A DNA stretch of 64,000 nt. It comes from Candidatus Staskawiczbacteria bacterium. GTDB taxonomy: Bacteria > Patescibacteriota > Minisyncoccia > Minisyncoccales > Staskawiczbacteraceae. The DNA lies in assembly GCA_026395175.1 (NCBI GenBank), contig JAPLZF010000009.1, positions 2,290 through 66,289 on the forward strand. Direction: 5' to 3'. The notes beneath the pieces were generated by a model, which ran no database searches, was not told the origin of the DNA, and was given only the letters and a program-made list of their open reading frames with translations. Both the position numbers and the translations under genes were made by a program. Below, one piece after another: positions 1-9,299 of the stretch (its first letter is position 1; each line of letters starts with the position of its first letter).

Positions 1-629
1 TGCTCCAAAAATTCTTTGATATTTTTTTTCACCTGTTCGGCAGGCTCTTTTTTCAATTTTAAAACAGCAGAAACAATTACTAAATTCTTATTTTTTTTAA
101 AAATGCTGTTTTTCAGGGAAAACTGGCATTGGGCGTTTGTAAATTTTTTCAGCTTTAAGGTTTTTAAATCTACAGCTTCAATGCTTTCCACTAAGTCAGA
201 CGTTTTTGTGCCAAAGGCATGGGCGTTGCCGTGGATGGCTCCGCCAATTGTTCCGGGAATTCCGGCAGACCATTCAAACCCGGAAAGCCCGTTTTCAGCT
301 AAAGTGTAAGCCAATTTTGTTAAATTTACGCCGGCTCCGGCAAAAGCTTTATTGCCTTTTAAATTCAAATCTGAAATATTTATTTTTACAACCAAACCTG
401 AAAACCCTTTGTCTGAAACCAAAAGATTGCTTCCGCCTCCCAGAATAAAAACCGGCAATTTGAATTTTTTTGCCAGTTTCATCGCGCTTATTAAATCCTC
501 CTTATTTTTTACAGCAAAAAAATATTTGGCAGGCCCGCCAATTCTGTAAGTAGTGTAGTTTTTCAGCAGAACTCCTTTCTGGATTTCCGGCAGTTGTTTT
601 TTTAGTTTTTCAAAAACATTATTTTCCAT
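1..629 (-). CDS. murB: UDP-N-acetylenolpyruvoylglucosamine reductase (MurB), N-terminal ~209 codons; the 3' end runs off the window
   Basis: This gene is absent from the ORF track because it has no in-window stop. I translated the reverse complement of 1..629 by hand and found no stop codon from the ATG at 629. The product reads MENNVFEKLKKQLPEIQKGVLLKNYTTYRIGGPAKYFFAVKNKEDL..LPVFILGGGSNLLVSDKGF..GLSGFEWSAGIPGTIGGAIHGNAHAFG. The GGGSN and GIPGTxGGA motifs are those of the FAD-binding PCMH domain of MurB. Confidence 0.85.
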   Translation of the reverse strand, partial: MENNVFEKLKKQLPEIQKGVLLKNYTTYRIGGPAKYFFAVKNKEDLISAMKLAKKFKLPVFILGGGSNLLVSDKGFSGLVVKINISDLNLKGNKAFAGAGVNLTKLAYTLAENGLSGFEWSAGIPGTIGGAIHGNAHAFGTKTSDLVESIEAVDLKTLKLKKFTNAQCQFSLKNSIFKKNKNLVIVSAVLKLKKEPAEQVKKNIKEFLE

Positions 630-1119
630 ACCTTGCAATCATAATAATTTCATCTCCGCGGAATAAATTTTTAACAACGCACTCAGGCTTGGCTCCCAAT
701 GCTTTTTTATATAAATTTTGCGCCAGATTTTCAGAGCCGGTTGTTACCTCAACCAGTTTCAAAACCGACTTCCTTTTTTTTAGGTAATTTTTAATTTCCA
801 AAAGAGATTTTTCAACAAGCTGAGTTCCAATGCCCTGCCCCTGAAATGTTTTTTTAATGGCAATTTGTTCAAGCTCAAAAACCGACTCTTTCCTAAAACC
901 GCCTTTTTCCATCCACAAAACATAGCCTGCAATTTCTTTTTGATTTTTTGCAACAAAATATTGCATTCTTGGAAAAGCGTTAAAATTGCATTTTATCCAT
1001 TTTATGGCGTCTTTTTTATTTTTCAGGCCCGAAAAACAATCTGAAGCAATTTCAGCTATTTTCTTTAAATCGTTTTTCTGCGCTCTTTTTATCTTTATTT
1101 GCTTGAATTTATCATCCAT
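619..1119 (-). CDS. GNAT-family N-acetyltransferase
   Basis: A 166-aa ORF carrying the acetyl-CoA-binding motif A, QIAIKKTFQGQGIGTQLVEKSL. Its stop codon overlaps the murB start by 11 nt. Confidence 0.8.
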   Translation of the reverse strand: MDDKFKQIKIKRAQKNDLKKIAEIASDCFSGLKNKKDAIKWIKCNFNAFPRMQYFVAKNQKEIAGYVLWMEKGGFRKESVFELEQIAIKKTFQGQGIGTQLVEKSLLEIKNYLKKRKSVLKLVEVTTGSENLAQNLYKKALGAKPECVVKNLFRGDEIIMIARYGK

Positions 1120-1130
1120 ATTTTTTCTTA

Positions 1131-1159
1131 ACTATAAACTAAAATTTGGTATTTATCAA
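1131..1159 (-). promoter_or_regulatory. sigma70-like promoter candidate for the GNAT-murB unit
   Basis: On the minus strand the -35 is TTGATA (1159..1154), followed by a 17-nt spacer and the -10 TATAGT (1136..1131). The -10 ends 11 nt before the ATG at 1119, so the leader would be very short. Chance matches are common in AT-rich DNA. Confidence 0.35.
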
Positions 1160-1160
1160 G

Positions 1161-1197
1161 CAAAATAAAACCAGCCCACTTGTTTGGGACTGGTTTT
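1161..1197 (-). terminator. intrinsic terminator downstream of the 802-aa surface protein gene
   Basis: The hairpin is CCAGCCCA-CTTGTT-TGGGACTGG (1171..1193, one bulged A). On the minus strand it is followed by TTTTATTTTG, and it begins 8 nt after the stop codon at 1205. Confidence 0.55.
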
Positions 1198-1204
1198 AAA
1201 ATTA

Positions 1205-3613
1205 TTATTTATTCACTATTGATTGCAGCTGCGCCAATATTTTTGAAAGCGCGTCGGGATTCATTGTTGATGCCATTGCCGAAAGCGCGTCGGAAATTGA
1301 TGCCAAAAGCAGATTGTTGGCATTTAAGCTGACGGGAGCTGTGTTGTTTATGGTAAAGGTTGTTGGAGAATGCACAAGCAAGAAGTTTGTCCCGCCGGCT
1401 GAATCAATGGCGTAAACATAAAGAGTGTGCGGTTTGCCGTCGGCGTATTTTGCCGGAATTGGATAAACAAAGCGGTGGTTTCCTGTATACATAGGATAAA
1501 TGGCAGTTACGTCGGGGCTGGCAACATTAGCAGGCATTTGAGTTAAATATGTGCCTGTTGTGGAATTACCGTCTATATAAACATAAATTGTAACCGGAGC
1601 TGAAGGAGCATCTGGGTCGACTGCCCAGCCATAAGCCACCCATCCGGCATAAGTTGTGTTTATAACTCCGTCTAAATATCCAGTTGGAACTTGGTTGACA
1701 TTTGTCTGCGAAATAATGCTAAAAAAATTGTCGCTTGCATCAGCATAAACAGTTCCTGAGTTTACGAAAATTTTATACATACTTCCTACGGCTGTTGATG
1801 ATAATGCCCACGAGTAAGAACCTGCGTTTGCTGAAGCAGTCCCTATTGCATTCATAGAACCGTTTGAAAGATTTTCTAAATAAATAGTGACTGTAGCTGA
1901 ACTTGGTAATCCTGTTGTATTCCATGTTATGTTGTGTGTTGAACCTTGGATCCATTGCTCTCCTCCGTTTGGCGAAGTGACGGTGATTGTTGACGCTGGA
2001 GTTGGCGAGGTGACCGTAAAGTTAATTGTGTTGCTGGCGCCGGTGTTGTTCCACACTTGGAGAGTGTGCGAGCCTGCGGTGATTGTGGCTGGCAATGTAA
2101 ATAACATTGTGCTGGCTGTTGGAGTGAGGTTGTAGGCGGAAATCATTAAGCCGTCAACCTTGATTGTGTTTACTGTGCCAAGATTGGTTCCAGACAAAGT
2201 TATCTGCCCGCCAACTGCAACCGACAAATTGGTGGTGGTGATGGTTGGAGCTGCGGAAGTATTCGCCGCAGTGATGGTGAAATAATTATCGCTGGAGTCC
2301 TTCAATGTATCGTTATCTCCATTGTCATAGCTATCTACCCTGATTTTGTAATTATGCGGCAAAGTTGATTGCAAAGGAAGCATTTCAGAGCCGATTGTCC
2401 AGTCATAGTAACCTTGAACTGCAGAAATTACCCCGTTATTAGGCACTACGTAATTTGTAGAACCCGAACCAAGATTTGAAACATCTGTTACATAAATATA
2501 AATTCTAACTTTCTGAACTCCGGTCGAATTCCATGTGATTCTATGCGTCGTTCCTACTTGCCAAGTTTCCCCTCCGTTCGGTGAAGTGACGGTGATTGTT
2601 GACGCTGGAGTTGGCGAGGTGACCGTAAAGTTAATTGTGTTGCTGGCGCCTGTGTTGTTCCACACTTGGAGAGTGTGGCTGCCTGCGGTAATTGTGGCTG
2701 GCAATGTAAATAACATTGTGCTGGCGGTTGGAGTGAGGTTGTAGGCATTAACCATTGAGCCGTCAACCTTGATTGTGTTTACTGTGCCAAGATTGGTTCC
2801 AGACAAAGTTATCTGCCCGCCAACTGCAACCGACAAATTGGTGGTGGTGATGGTTGGAGCTACGGCTGCCGATGCAACTGCAAAGTTGATTGCGTTGCTG
2901 GTGTAGTGGCCGGAATTAGTCACGCTTACAGGATACGAACCAAGAGGAGTGGATGTGGGCACGGTGAATACAACTGCAGAGCTGGTTGTTCCGTAGGCAG
3001 GCACTGTGCTGGAGTTGAAGTTGATATAACTGCCTGTTCCTGTTGAGCTGGCAAGGTTGCTTCCGGTTATTGTTACAACGGTTCCGGCAGGTCCTGATGT
3101 TGGTGAAATTGAGGTGATGGACGGCTGGGTTGTGGTTGCGCAACCATACAATGAATTTAATTTTGCTCTTGTGAGCGGACCAACTGCCCCAGTTTGCCTA
3201 ATTCCATATTTCCCCTGAAAAGCAACTACCGCAGCCGCTGTTGATTCTCCAAACGTGCCTTTATCATCTCCAGTCAAATCATATCCTTCTTTTGTTAAAG
3301 CTGTTTGAAGGTCGGCAACTTCTTGGCTCACGCCCGTGGCATTAGCATATAAATAAACATTAAAAGTGTGGCACCAAGCTGTTGGCGGGTTTGTTGGAGT
3401 TCCGCCATTCAACGTGGTTTGCACGTTAGCAATTATTGCGGCATTATCGGCAGACAAAACACCAGTAACAGGATCTGCTAAAAATGACCTTACCAACGCG
3501 ACTACCGCATTTATCTGATCTTGCGACAGACCTGCGGCTGAAGCCACGGCTGGAGCCGAACATAAAATTGCTGTTGCTAAAACAGCTGTGAGCAAAAAAT
3601 ATCTAATCTTCAT
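1205..3613 (-). CDS. secreted surface protein with an N-terminal PG_binding_1-like domain, IPT/TIG-like beta domains and a 2x203-aa internal duplication
   Basis: Signal peptide MKIRYFLLTAVLATAILCSAPAVASA. The peptidoglycan-binding-like segment is VADLQTALTKEGYDLTGDDKGTFGESTAAAVVAFQGKYGIRQTGAVGPLTRAKLNSLYG. SITSISPTSGPAGTVVTITGSNL-type IPT/TIG repeats and repeated SPNGGE-x-W modules are present. The protein is rich in Thr, Ser, Ala and Gly. Confidence 0.85.
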   Translation of the reverse strand: MKIRYFLLTAVLATAILCSAPAVASAAGLSQDQINAVVALVRSFLADPVTGVLSADNAAIIANVQTTLNGGTPTNPPTAWCHTFNVYLYANATGVSQEVADLQTALTKEGYDLTGDDKGTFGESTAAAVVAFQGKYGIRQTGAVGPLTRAKLNSLYGCATTTQPSITSISPTSGPAGTVVTITGSNLASSTGTGSYINFNSSTVPAYGTTSSAVVFTVPTSTPLGSYPVSVTNSGHYTSNAINFAVASAAVAPTITTTNLSVAVGGQITLSGTNLGTVNTIKVDGSMVNAYNLTPTASTMLFTLPATITAGSHTLQVWNNTGASNTINFTVTSPTPASTITVTSPNGGETWQVGTTHRITWNSTGVQKVRIYIYVTDVSNLGSGSTNYVVPNNGVISAVQGYYDWTIGSEMLPLQSTLPHNYKIRVDSYDNGDNDTLKDSSDNYFTITAANTSAAPTITTTNLSVAVGGQITLSGTNLGTVNTIKVDGLMISAYNLTPTASTMLFTLPATITAGSHTLQVWNNTGASNTINFTVTSPTPASTITVTSPNGGEQWIQGSTHNITWNTTGLPSSATVTIYLENLSNGSMNAIGTASANAGSYSWALSSTAVGSMYKIFVNSGTVYADASDNFFSIISQTNVNQVPTGYLDGVINTTYAGWVAYGWAVDPDAPSAPVTIYVYIDGNSTTGTYLTQMPANVASPDVTAIYPMYTGNHRFVYPIPAKYADGKPHTLYVYAIDSAGGTNFLLVHSPTTFTINNTAPVSLNANNLLLASISDALSAMASTMNPDALSKILAQLQSIVNK
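1962..2861. repeat. intragenic tandem duplication with a 609-bp period and near-identical 291-bp cores
   Basis: I aligned 1962..2252 against 2571..2861 by eye at a constant offset of 609 nt. I counted roughly 15-20 mismatches in 291 nt. The rest of each 609-bp unit is much more diverged. Confidence 0.9.
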
Positions 3614-3757
3614 GATTTAAAATTTTAAATAACAAATTTTAAGTTTTAATTGAAAAACCTAATTTTCAAATGTTTAAAACATTTAGACACTTAGATTTGA
3701 TTTAAAATTTAAAATTGCAAATTTAAAATTAGTTTTAATTATTATTCCCTAATAATA

Positions 3758-3781
3758 CCCCCCCGCATAGCAATGCAAGGG
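3758..3781 (-). terminator. weak terminator-like hairpin downstream of the peptidase gene
   Basis: The minus-strand RNA CCCUUGCAU-UGCU-AUGCGGGGG forms a 9-bp stem only if two G-U pairs are allowed, so the structure is strand-specific. It is followed by UAUUAUUA rather than a clean U-tract. Confidence 0.3.
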
Positions 3782-3817
3782 CTGAAGCAAATTTTTGACC
3801 TGTGGATAACTTTTTTA

Positions 3818-5533
3818 TTATGTTCCGGCTAAAATTTTGTTTATTTTTGCCCTTGTTGCGGGGCCAACATAACCTGTGCCTTTTGTTAATCCGCTTGGAA
3901 TTAAAATTTCAGAAGCGTATTTTTCCTGAAATTTTATTACAGCATTTTTAGTCAAACTGCCGAAATTTCCGGTTACAAGCCCTTCAGGATAAATGTCTGC
4001 TCCCAAATTTTTCAAAAAATTCTGCAAACATTTTACATCATTATTGCTTTGAATCCCAAAATAAAGATTGCTGTTTAATTGCAAGCAATAATTCTGCCCG
4101 CCAGCATTGTCAATTTGAGCTTGTATTTCGGCTATTTGTTTTTTCAAGTCGGCAATTTTATTCAAAAGTTGCTGTATTAAAGCCTGGTCGGCAACTTGCG
4201 CCGAACCTGTAACCGAAACTGTGTAACTAAACGGATATGTCGGCTCCAAGTCGTCCGATTTGTAAATTTGCGACTGCAAAGACGGAATAATAACCAAAGA
4301 TTTGTAGTCAGAGCCGAATTTGCTTATGTTTATTTCTCCTTTTTCATTTTCATCTAACGCCAAAAATTTTACCGCATAGCTTCCTGCCGAGTCTTCTATA
4401 ATATACGGAATTTGAAAGCTCAACCCCTTCAAGCTTGAAAAATCAAGCTTCAAATCTCCGTTTCCGCCAATAAATTTCAGCCAGTTTCCTGTCCAGCTTT
4501 TTGTGACATTTGTGACAGACAAAGAAACATTTCCAGTCAGTGGTAAAAAATTAAGCGAAGGGCTTAACCGCAAATTTTTCAAATTCTGGTTCAAATAGCA
4601 ATATTTCTGGCCAATTGAGCAATTATTCAAAACAACAGCTGTTGTCCAGTTGGTAAAAATTTGCGCAAAAGTATCTTGGTAGGCTGACTTCTGCAAAGCA
4701 TAATTTATGCTGTCAATGCCAACGTATTTTGATTTTAAGGAATCTATCAAAATGTTTATTCCGTAATGGTCTGTCAAATAATGCATAAACAAGCTGGCTG
4801 AGGCATAGTCATATTTTGTGCCTGTCCATTCGGTTATTGAATCTGACGGATTTTTTACAAAATCATTGACTCTTTGCTGTAAATTGGAGCCTTCGTATCT
4901 GTCATCATATCCCAGAATTGTCGAAGAATAATCAGCCCTTGCCTCATTAAGCCATGTATCGTCCTCAACATTAAAATTTTTGTTTTTCTGGTTGAAAGTT
5001 ATCAGGTGGACAAATTCGTGCGCCAAAAAAATTTTCAAATACGAGTCGGAAAAATGGTCTAAAGACAGATAAACCATTTCTCTTTCGTTGGAATTTGGCA
5101 GTTGGAGCTTTATGTATTCGTCGGTTGTGCGGAAATATCCGCCTTCGTTGGAGTTCATTACTTCAAACAAAACAGTTATTCTGCTGTCGCCGTCCACTCC
5201 GGGTTTGAATTCTGAACCGAAAACAGAAGTCAAAGTCGGATAAATTTTATTGTCAAATTCAGATGATAAGCTGTCTAAACCAGCCAAAATTTCCGACTGC
5301 TTTGCCTGAGGCTGGGCGTCCCACCATGTTTTTTCAACATAAAAATAAAGATTGTTGCCGGTTTTAACCAGCGTGGCTGTTATTTGCGCGCGGGCAGAGG
5401 CGTCAAAATTTTTGTCTACATTAAAACTGACGCTGTCTCCCACATTTACGGCTTTTACGGAAAATGCCACAACAAAAAACAGCAGGATTGCGGCAATCAA
5501 AATTATTTTTTTAAAATCTTTATGAGTTTTCAT
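3818..5533 (-). CDS. secreted gluzincin-type zinc metallopeptidase-like protein with a coiled coil and a C-terminal peptidoglycan-binding domain
   Basis: An N-terminal signal/anchor is present (ILIAAILLFFVVAFSVKA). HEFVH is followed 20 residues later by WLNEA, an HExxH..E arrangement resembling M1/MA-clan peptidases. The C-terminus reads CLQNFLKNLGADIYPEGLVTGNFGSLTKNAVIKFQEKY..GYVGPATRAKINKIL, which is PG_binding_1-like. Confidence 0.7.
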   Translation of the reverse strand: MKTHKDFKKIILIAAILLFFVVAFSVKAVNVGDSVSFNVDKNFDASARAQITATLVKTGNNLYFYVEKTWWDAQPQAKQSEILAGLDSLSSEFDNKIYPTLTSVFGSEFKPGVDGDSRITVLFEVMNSNEGGYFRTTDEYIKLQLPNSNEREMVYLSLDHFSDSYLKIFLAHEFVHLITFNQKNKNFNVEDDTWLNEARADYSSTILGYDDRYEGSNLQQRVNDFVKNPSDSITEWTGTKYDYASASLFMHYLTDHYGINILIDSLKSKYVGIDSINYALQKSAYQDTFAQIFTNWTTAVVLNNCSIGQKYCYLNQNLKNLRLSPSLNFLPLTGNVSLSVTNVTKSWTGNWLKFIGGNGDLKLDFSSLKGLSFQIPYIIEDSAGSYAVKFLALDENEKGEINISKFGSDYKSLVIIPSLQSQIYKSDDLEPTYPFSYTVSVTGSAQVADQALIQQLLNKIADLKKQIAEIQAQIDNAGGQNYCLQLNSNLYFGIQSNNDVKCLQNFLKNLGADIYPEGLVTGNFGSLTKNAVIKFQEKYASEILIPSGLTKGTGYVGPATRAKINKILAGT

Positions 5534-5536
5534 ATA

Positions 5537-7393
5537 TTAATTTCTATAATACGGAACAAAGCTTTTCAAGGCGCTTATTATTTTTTCTTGCTCAAAGTCA
5601 TGTTTTAAGATATTTTCCAAATTTTCCAGATTTTTTTCAAGTTCAAAAAAATTTATGGCAGACAGCTTTGCTTTAAAAATTTTATTGTTCTGGGTGGCGG
5701 AAGTTCCCTCTTCTGCGGTAAGCATTTCTTCAAATAATTTTTCACCGGGCCTGATTCCAGTGAAAGTTATCGTAATATCCCTGTCTAAGACCAGTCCTGA
5801 TAATTTTATCATTTCTTTTGCCAAATCCAAAATTTTGATGGGCTTTCCCATATCCAAAACAAAAACTTCTCCGCCCTGCCCCATTGCCGACGCCTGCAAA
5901 ACCAAAAGGCATGCCTCGGAGGTAAGCATAAAATATCTTTTCATTTCTTGGTGAGTGACTTCCACGGGCCCGCCTCTTTTAATTTGCTCCCTAAATATCG
6001 GAATAACGCTTCCCCTGCTGTTCAATACATTTCCAAATCTTACAGAAATAAATTTTGTCTTGTTTTTTTCATTAAATAATTGGCAGACCATCTCGCCGGC
6101 TCTTTTCGTGGCTCCCATAACCGAACTTGGGTTTACCGCCTTGTCAGTTGAAATAAAAATAAATTTTTTTGCATTGTAATTTACAGCGGCTTTAGCCAAA
6201 TTTTTCGTGCCGAAAATATTATTTTTCACGGCTTCGTCGGCATTTTCCTCCATTAGCGGAACGTGCTTGTAGGCGGCGGCGTGGAAAATAATTTCAGGCC
6301 TAAACTTTTCAAAAATTTTATTTATTTTTTCTGCGTCGGCAATGTCTGCTATCAAGTTGCATATTTTTAAATTGGGAAAATTATTCTCCAATTCTTTTGA
6401 AATATTGAAAATGCCTGTCTCATCCTGGTCTAGCAACAAAAGCAATTCTGGCCTGAATTTTGCAACCTGTCGCGATAATTCCGAACCAATAGAGCCTGCC
6501 GAGCCTGTAATCAAAACCGATTTGTCTTTTATAAAACTTTCAATCTGTTTTGTATCCAAATTAACCTGCTCCCTGCCCAGCAAATCCTCCACTTCCACGT
6601 CCTTAAGATTCTTGAAAGACACCTGTCCTCTTATTATTTCAGACAAAGGCGGAGCAATTTTTATTTTCCATATGCCGGCTTTTTTCCCCGCTTCAACCGC
6701 TTCCCTTATTTTTTTTCCGTCGGCTGAAGGCAGGGCAATTATCAGCTGCTTTATCTGTAAATTTTTTGCGATAATAGAAATATCGGAAATTTTTCCCAAA
6801 ACTTTCAATCCGTGTATCACAACTCCTTTTTTTATGGGGTTATCGTCTATAAATCCTATCGGATAATAAGGGTTTTTGCTTGAAGAAATAATGCTTCTTA
6901 AAATTTGCTCTCCGGCGTCGCCTGCTCCAATAATCAGAGTCCTCTCTTTTTTAAACATTCTGTTCTGGCCCATAACCCGCAGATAAATTCTTTTGGAAAA
7001 TCTTGAAGCTCCGCACAAGATAAAAACCAAAAAATAACTTACAAAAATCACAGAACGCGGAAAATTTATGAAGTGCGGAAAATAATGCGAAGCAAAAATA
7101 GCCACTGACAAAAATATGAAGGCAATCGTTACGGCTTTGAACAAGGAAATCAATTCATTGGTTGAAACATAAGACCATGAAAAAGAATAAAGCTTTTGAA
7201 AATAGAAAACAGGCAGTATAAAAATAATAGCCAAACCTATCATCCTATAAATAAACGGAATATATTGCGAAGGTATGCAAAAGTCAAACCTCAAAAGAAA
7301 AGCCAGCCATACAGAAATAATTATAGAAATAATATCTGCCAACACAAAAAAAATAGTTTTTGTCAGCTTTGTTTTTTTGAAAAGATTAAGCAT
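5537..7393 (-). CDS. membrane-bound nucleotide-sugar 4,6-dehydratase of the CapD/PglF/WbpM family
   Basis: The 618-aa product has four N-terminal TM helices. These are followed by an SDR domain with LITGSAGSIGSEL and FHAAAYKHVPLME. Confidence 0.85.
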   Translation of the reverse strand: MLNLFKKTKLTKTIFFVLADIISIIISVWLAFLLRFDFCIPSQYIPFIYRMIGLAIIFILPVFYFQKLYSFSWSYVSTNELISLFKAVTIAFIFLSVAIFASHYFPHFINFPRSVIFVSYFLVFILCGASRFSKRIYLRVMGQNRMFKKERTLIIGAGDAGEQILRSIISSSKNPYYPIGFIDDNPIKKGVVIHGLKVLGKISDISIIAKNLQIKQLIIALPSADGKKIREAVEAGKKAGIWKIKIAPPLSEIIRGQVSFKNLKDVEVEDLLGREQVNLDTKQIESFIKDKSVLITGSAGSIGSELSRQVAKFRPELLLLLDQDETGIFNISKELENNFPNLKICNLIADIADAEKINKIFEKFRPEIIFHAAAYKHVPLMEENADEAVKNNIFGTKNLAKAAVNYNAKKFIFISTDKAVNPSSVMGATKRAGEMVCQLFNEKNKTKFISVRFGNVLNSRGSVIPIFREQIKRGGPVEVTHQEMKRYFMLTSEACLLVLQASAMGQGGEVFVLDMGKPIKILDLAKEMIKLSGLVLDRDITITFTGIRPGEKLFEEMLTAEEGTSATQNNKIFKAKLSAINFFELEKNLENLENILKHDFEQEKIISALKSFVPYYRN

Positions 7394-8513
7394 TTTCTAA
7401 AATTTCTTTTAAATTTTTAACAACAAAATCAATTTCTTTTTCCGTTAAATTGTTGAAAAAAGGCAAAGCCAGCGTTCTTTTGCTTATGTTTTCTGCAACA
7501 GGAAAATCCCCTTTTTTATAGCCAAAATTATTCTTATAAAACGGCTGAAGATGTATCGCCTGAAAATAATCAGAGCATTGTATGCCTTGTTCTGCCATTT
7601 TTTTGATGATTTTGTCCCTTTTTGCGCCGGAAAAATTTTCTGACAATTTTACAACATAGACAAACCAACTCAATTTATTTTCCGGCTTAATGCAGGGAAT
7701 TTCCAAATCTTTTATTCCTTTCAGTTTTTTATTGTATAATTCTGCAACATTTTTTCTTTTTTTCAGGATTTCATTTATCCTCTGCATCTGCGATATTCCC
7801 AAAGCGCAGCTCATTTCGTCCAGCCGGTAATTATATCCCAGCATTACGTGCTCTAACCATTTTCCATTTGAAACTTTTCTGCCCTGATTCGCCATGCTTC
7901 TGCCCATCTCATATATTTTTTTATTGTCGGTTAAAATAATTCCGCCTTCGCCGGTTGTAATCTGCTTATTTGGATAAAAAGCAAAAACAGCTGCGTCGCC
8001 GAAGCTTCCGCATTTTTTGCCTTTATATTCCGACCCCAATGCTTCCGCAGAATCTTCAACTAGAAAAAGTTTGTGTTTTTTTGCTATTTTTTTCAATTCG
8101 TCCCAATCAGCCGGCTGGGAAAAAACATCTACTGCCAAAATAGCTTTTGTTTTTTTGGTAATTTTTTCTTCTATTTTTTTAACATCAATATTAAATGTAT
8201 TTTCGTCAACATCAACGAAAACCGGCTTTGCTTTTTCATATAATATGCAATTTGAAGAAGCAATGAAAGAAAACGGCGTTGTAATGACTTCGTCCCCTTC
8301 TCCTAAGCCCAGCGCTTTTATAATAAGATGCAAACCGCTGGTTCCGCTGTTTGTCGCAACCGCATATTTCACTCCGGCATATTTTGCCATCATTTTTTCA
8401 AATTCCAAATATTTTTTTCCCAAGCTCAAATAAGATGTCTTTAAAACATTTTCTACTGCTTTTATTTCTTTGGCTGAAATATCAGGTTTTGACAATGGTA
8501 TTTTCCAGCTCAT
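7386..8513 (-). CDS. DegT/DnrJ/EryC1-family PLP-dependent sugar aminotransferase (PglE-like)
   Basis: The 375-aa product has the catalytic Lys in FAFYPNKQITTGEGG. It overlaps the dehydratase gene by 8 nt. Confidence 0.85.
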   Translation of the reverse strand: MSWKIPLSKPDISAKEIKAVENVLKTSYLSLGKKYLEFEKMMAKYAGVKYAVATNSGTSGLHLIIKALGLGEGDEVITTPFSFIASSNCILYEKAKPVFVDVDENTFNIDVKKIEEKITKKTKAILAVDVFSQPADWDELKKIAKKHKLFLVEDSAEALGSEYKGKKCGSFGDAAVFAFYPNKQITTGEGGIILTDNKKIYEMGRSMANQGRKVSNGKWLEHVMLGYNYRLDEMSCALGISQMQRINEILKKRKNVAELYNKKLKGIKDLEIPCIKPENKLSWFVYVVKLSENFSGAKRDKIIKKMAEQGIQCSDYFQAIHLQPFYKNNFGYKKGDFPVAENISKRTLALPFFNNLTEKEIDFVVKNLKEILENA

Positions 8514-9286
8514 TTTTTTATTTTTTTGAATAATAAAATTTTAATTTGCGAATAGTTTCCGAAAGAAGGCAGAAAAGAAAAAAATCTGGAAAAAGCCGTG
8601 TTATATTTTATGTCTTTTTTGACGGCTTTGGCAAAAAAAGGATAAATAACCCTCGAACCGAAAAAATAAGAACTTAAAAATTTGCTTTCTTTCACAAACT
8701 CTAAATTCTGGCTTTTTAAATATCCAATAACAAAATCTTTATCCAAATACAAATTATGGTAAGCTGGAGCAATGGGCTCTAAACCCAAATTTTTTCGGGC
8801 GCTGTTTAACTTTTGAAAGCCGTCGTCAAACGCTTCAAGCAATATCAGGCTTCCGCCGGGTTTTAAGGCGTCTGCCATATTTTTCAGCGCTTTTTTTTGG
8901 TCGTCTTGGTTTAATAAATTGATTACGCATCTTTCCGTAAAAACAAAATCAAAAATATTTTTGTATTTTAATTCCAAAACATCTTCCTCCTGAAATTTTA
9001 TTTTTCCTTTGGCGCCGAATGTCGGCTGTTTTTTTGCCAAAGCAATCATTTCAGGAGAAAAATCAACCGACAATAAATCCAGTTTTCTGGATTTGGAAAT
9101 CTCTATGGAAGCAGCTCCGTTTCCGCAGCCGACTTCCAGGCATTTTTTATTGGCTTTTAAAAAAGCAACAATGTTTTTGATTTCCAATCTTCTGGTATTC
9201 AAATCAGCCATTGTGCTGTTGATGGAAAGTTGGTCTTTTTCGGCTTCTTTTTTATAGTGTTCTCTCACTAATTTTTTGTATTCCAT
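8510..9286 (-). CDS. class I SAM-dependent methyltransferase
   Basis: SAM-binding motif I is LEVGCGNG and the post-I region is LKPGGSLILLE. The upstream sequence carries an SD-like AAGGAG. Confidence 0.75.
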   Translation of the reverse strand: MEYKKLVREHYKKEAEKDQLSINSTMADLNTRRLEIKNIVAFLKANKKCLEVGCGNGAASIEISKSRKLDLLSVDFSPEMIALAKKQPTFGAKGKIKFQEEDVLELKYKNIFDFVFTERCVINLLNQDDQKKALKNMADALKPGGSLILLEAFDDGFQKLNSARKNLGLEPIAPAYHNLYLDKDFVIGYLKSQNLEFVKESKFLSSYFFGSRVIYPFFAKAVKKDIKYNTAFSRFFSFLPSFGNYSQIKILLFKKIKK

Positions 9287-9299
9287 AATTTTTGCTCCT

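Noticed and set aside
6342-6866. Long antisense ORFs in the track. Examples are 6342..6866 (+, 174 aa), 10947..11462 (+), 26665..27195 (-), 29023..29604 (-), 33733..34320 (-) and 8017..8433 (+).
   Set aside because: Each lies entirely inside, and antisense to, a gene with strong family motifs. Their products are low-complexity (Phe/Ile/Ser/Lys-rich) with no recognisable motif. This is typical of shadow ORFs in AT-rich DNA.
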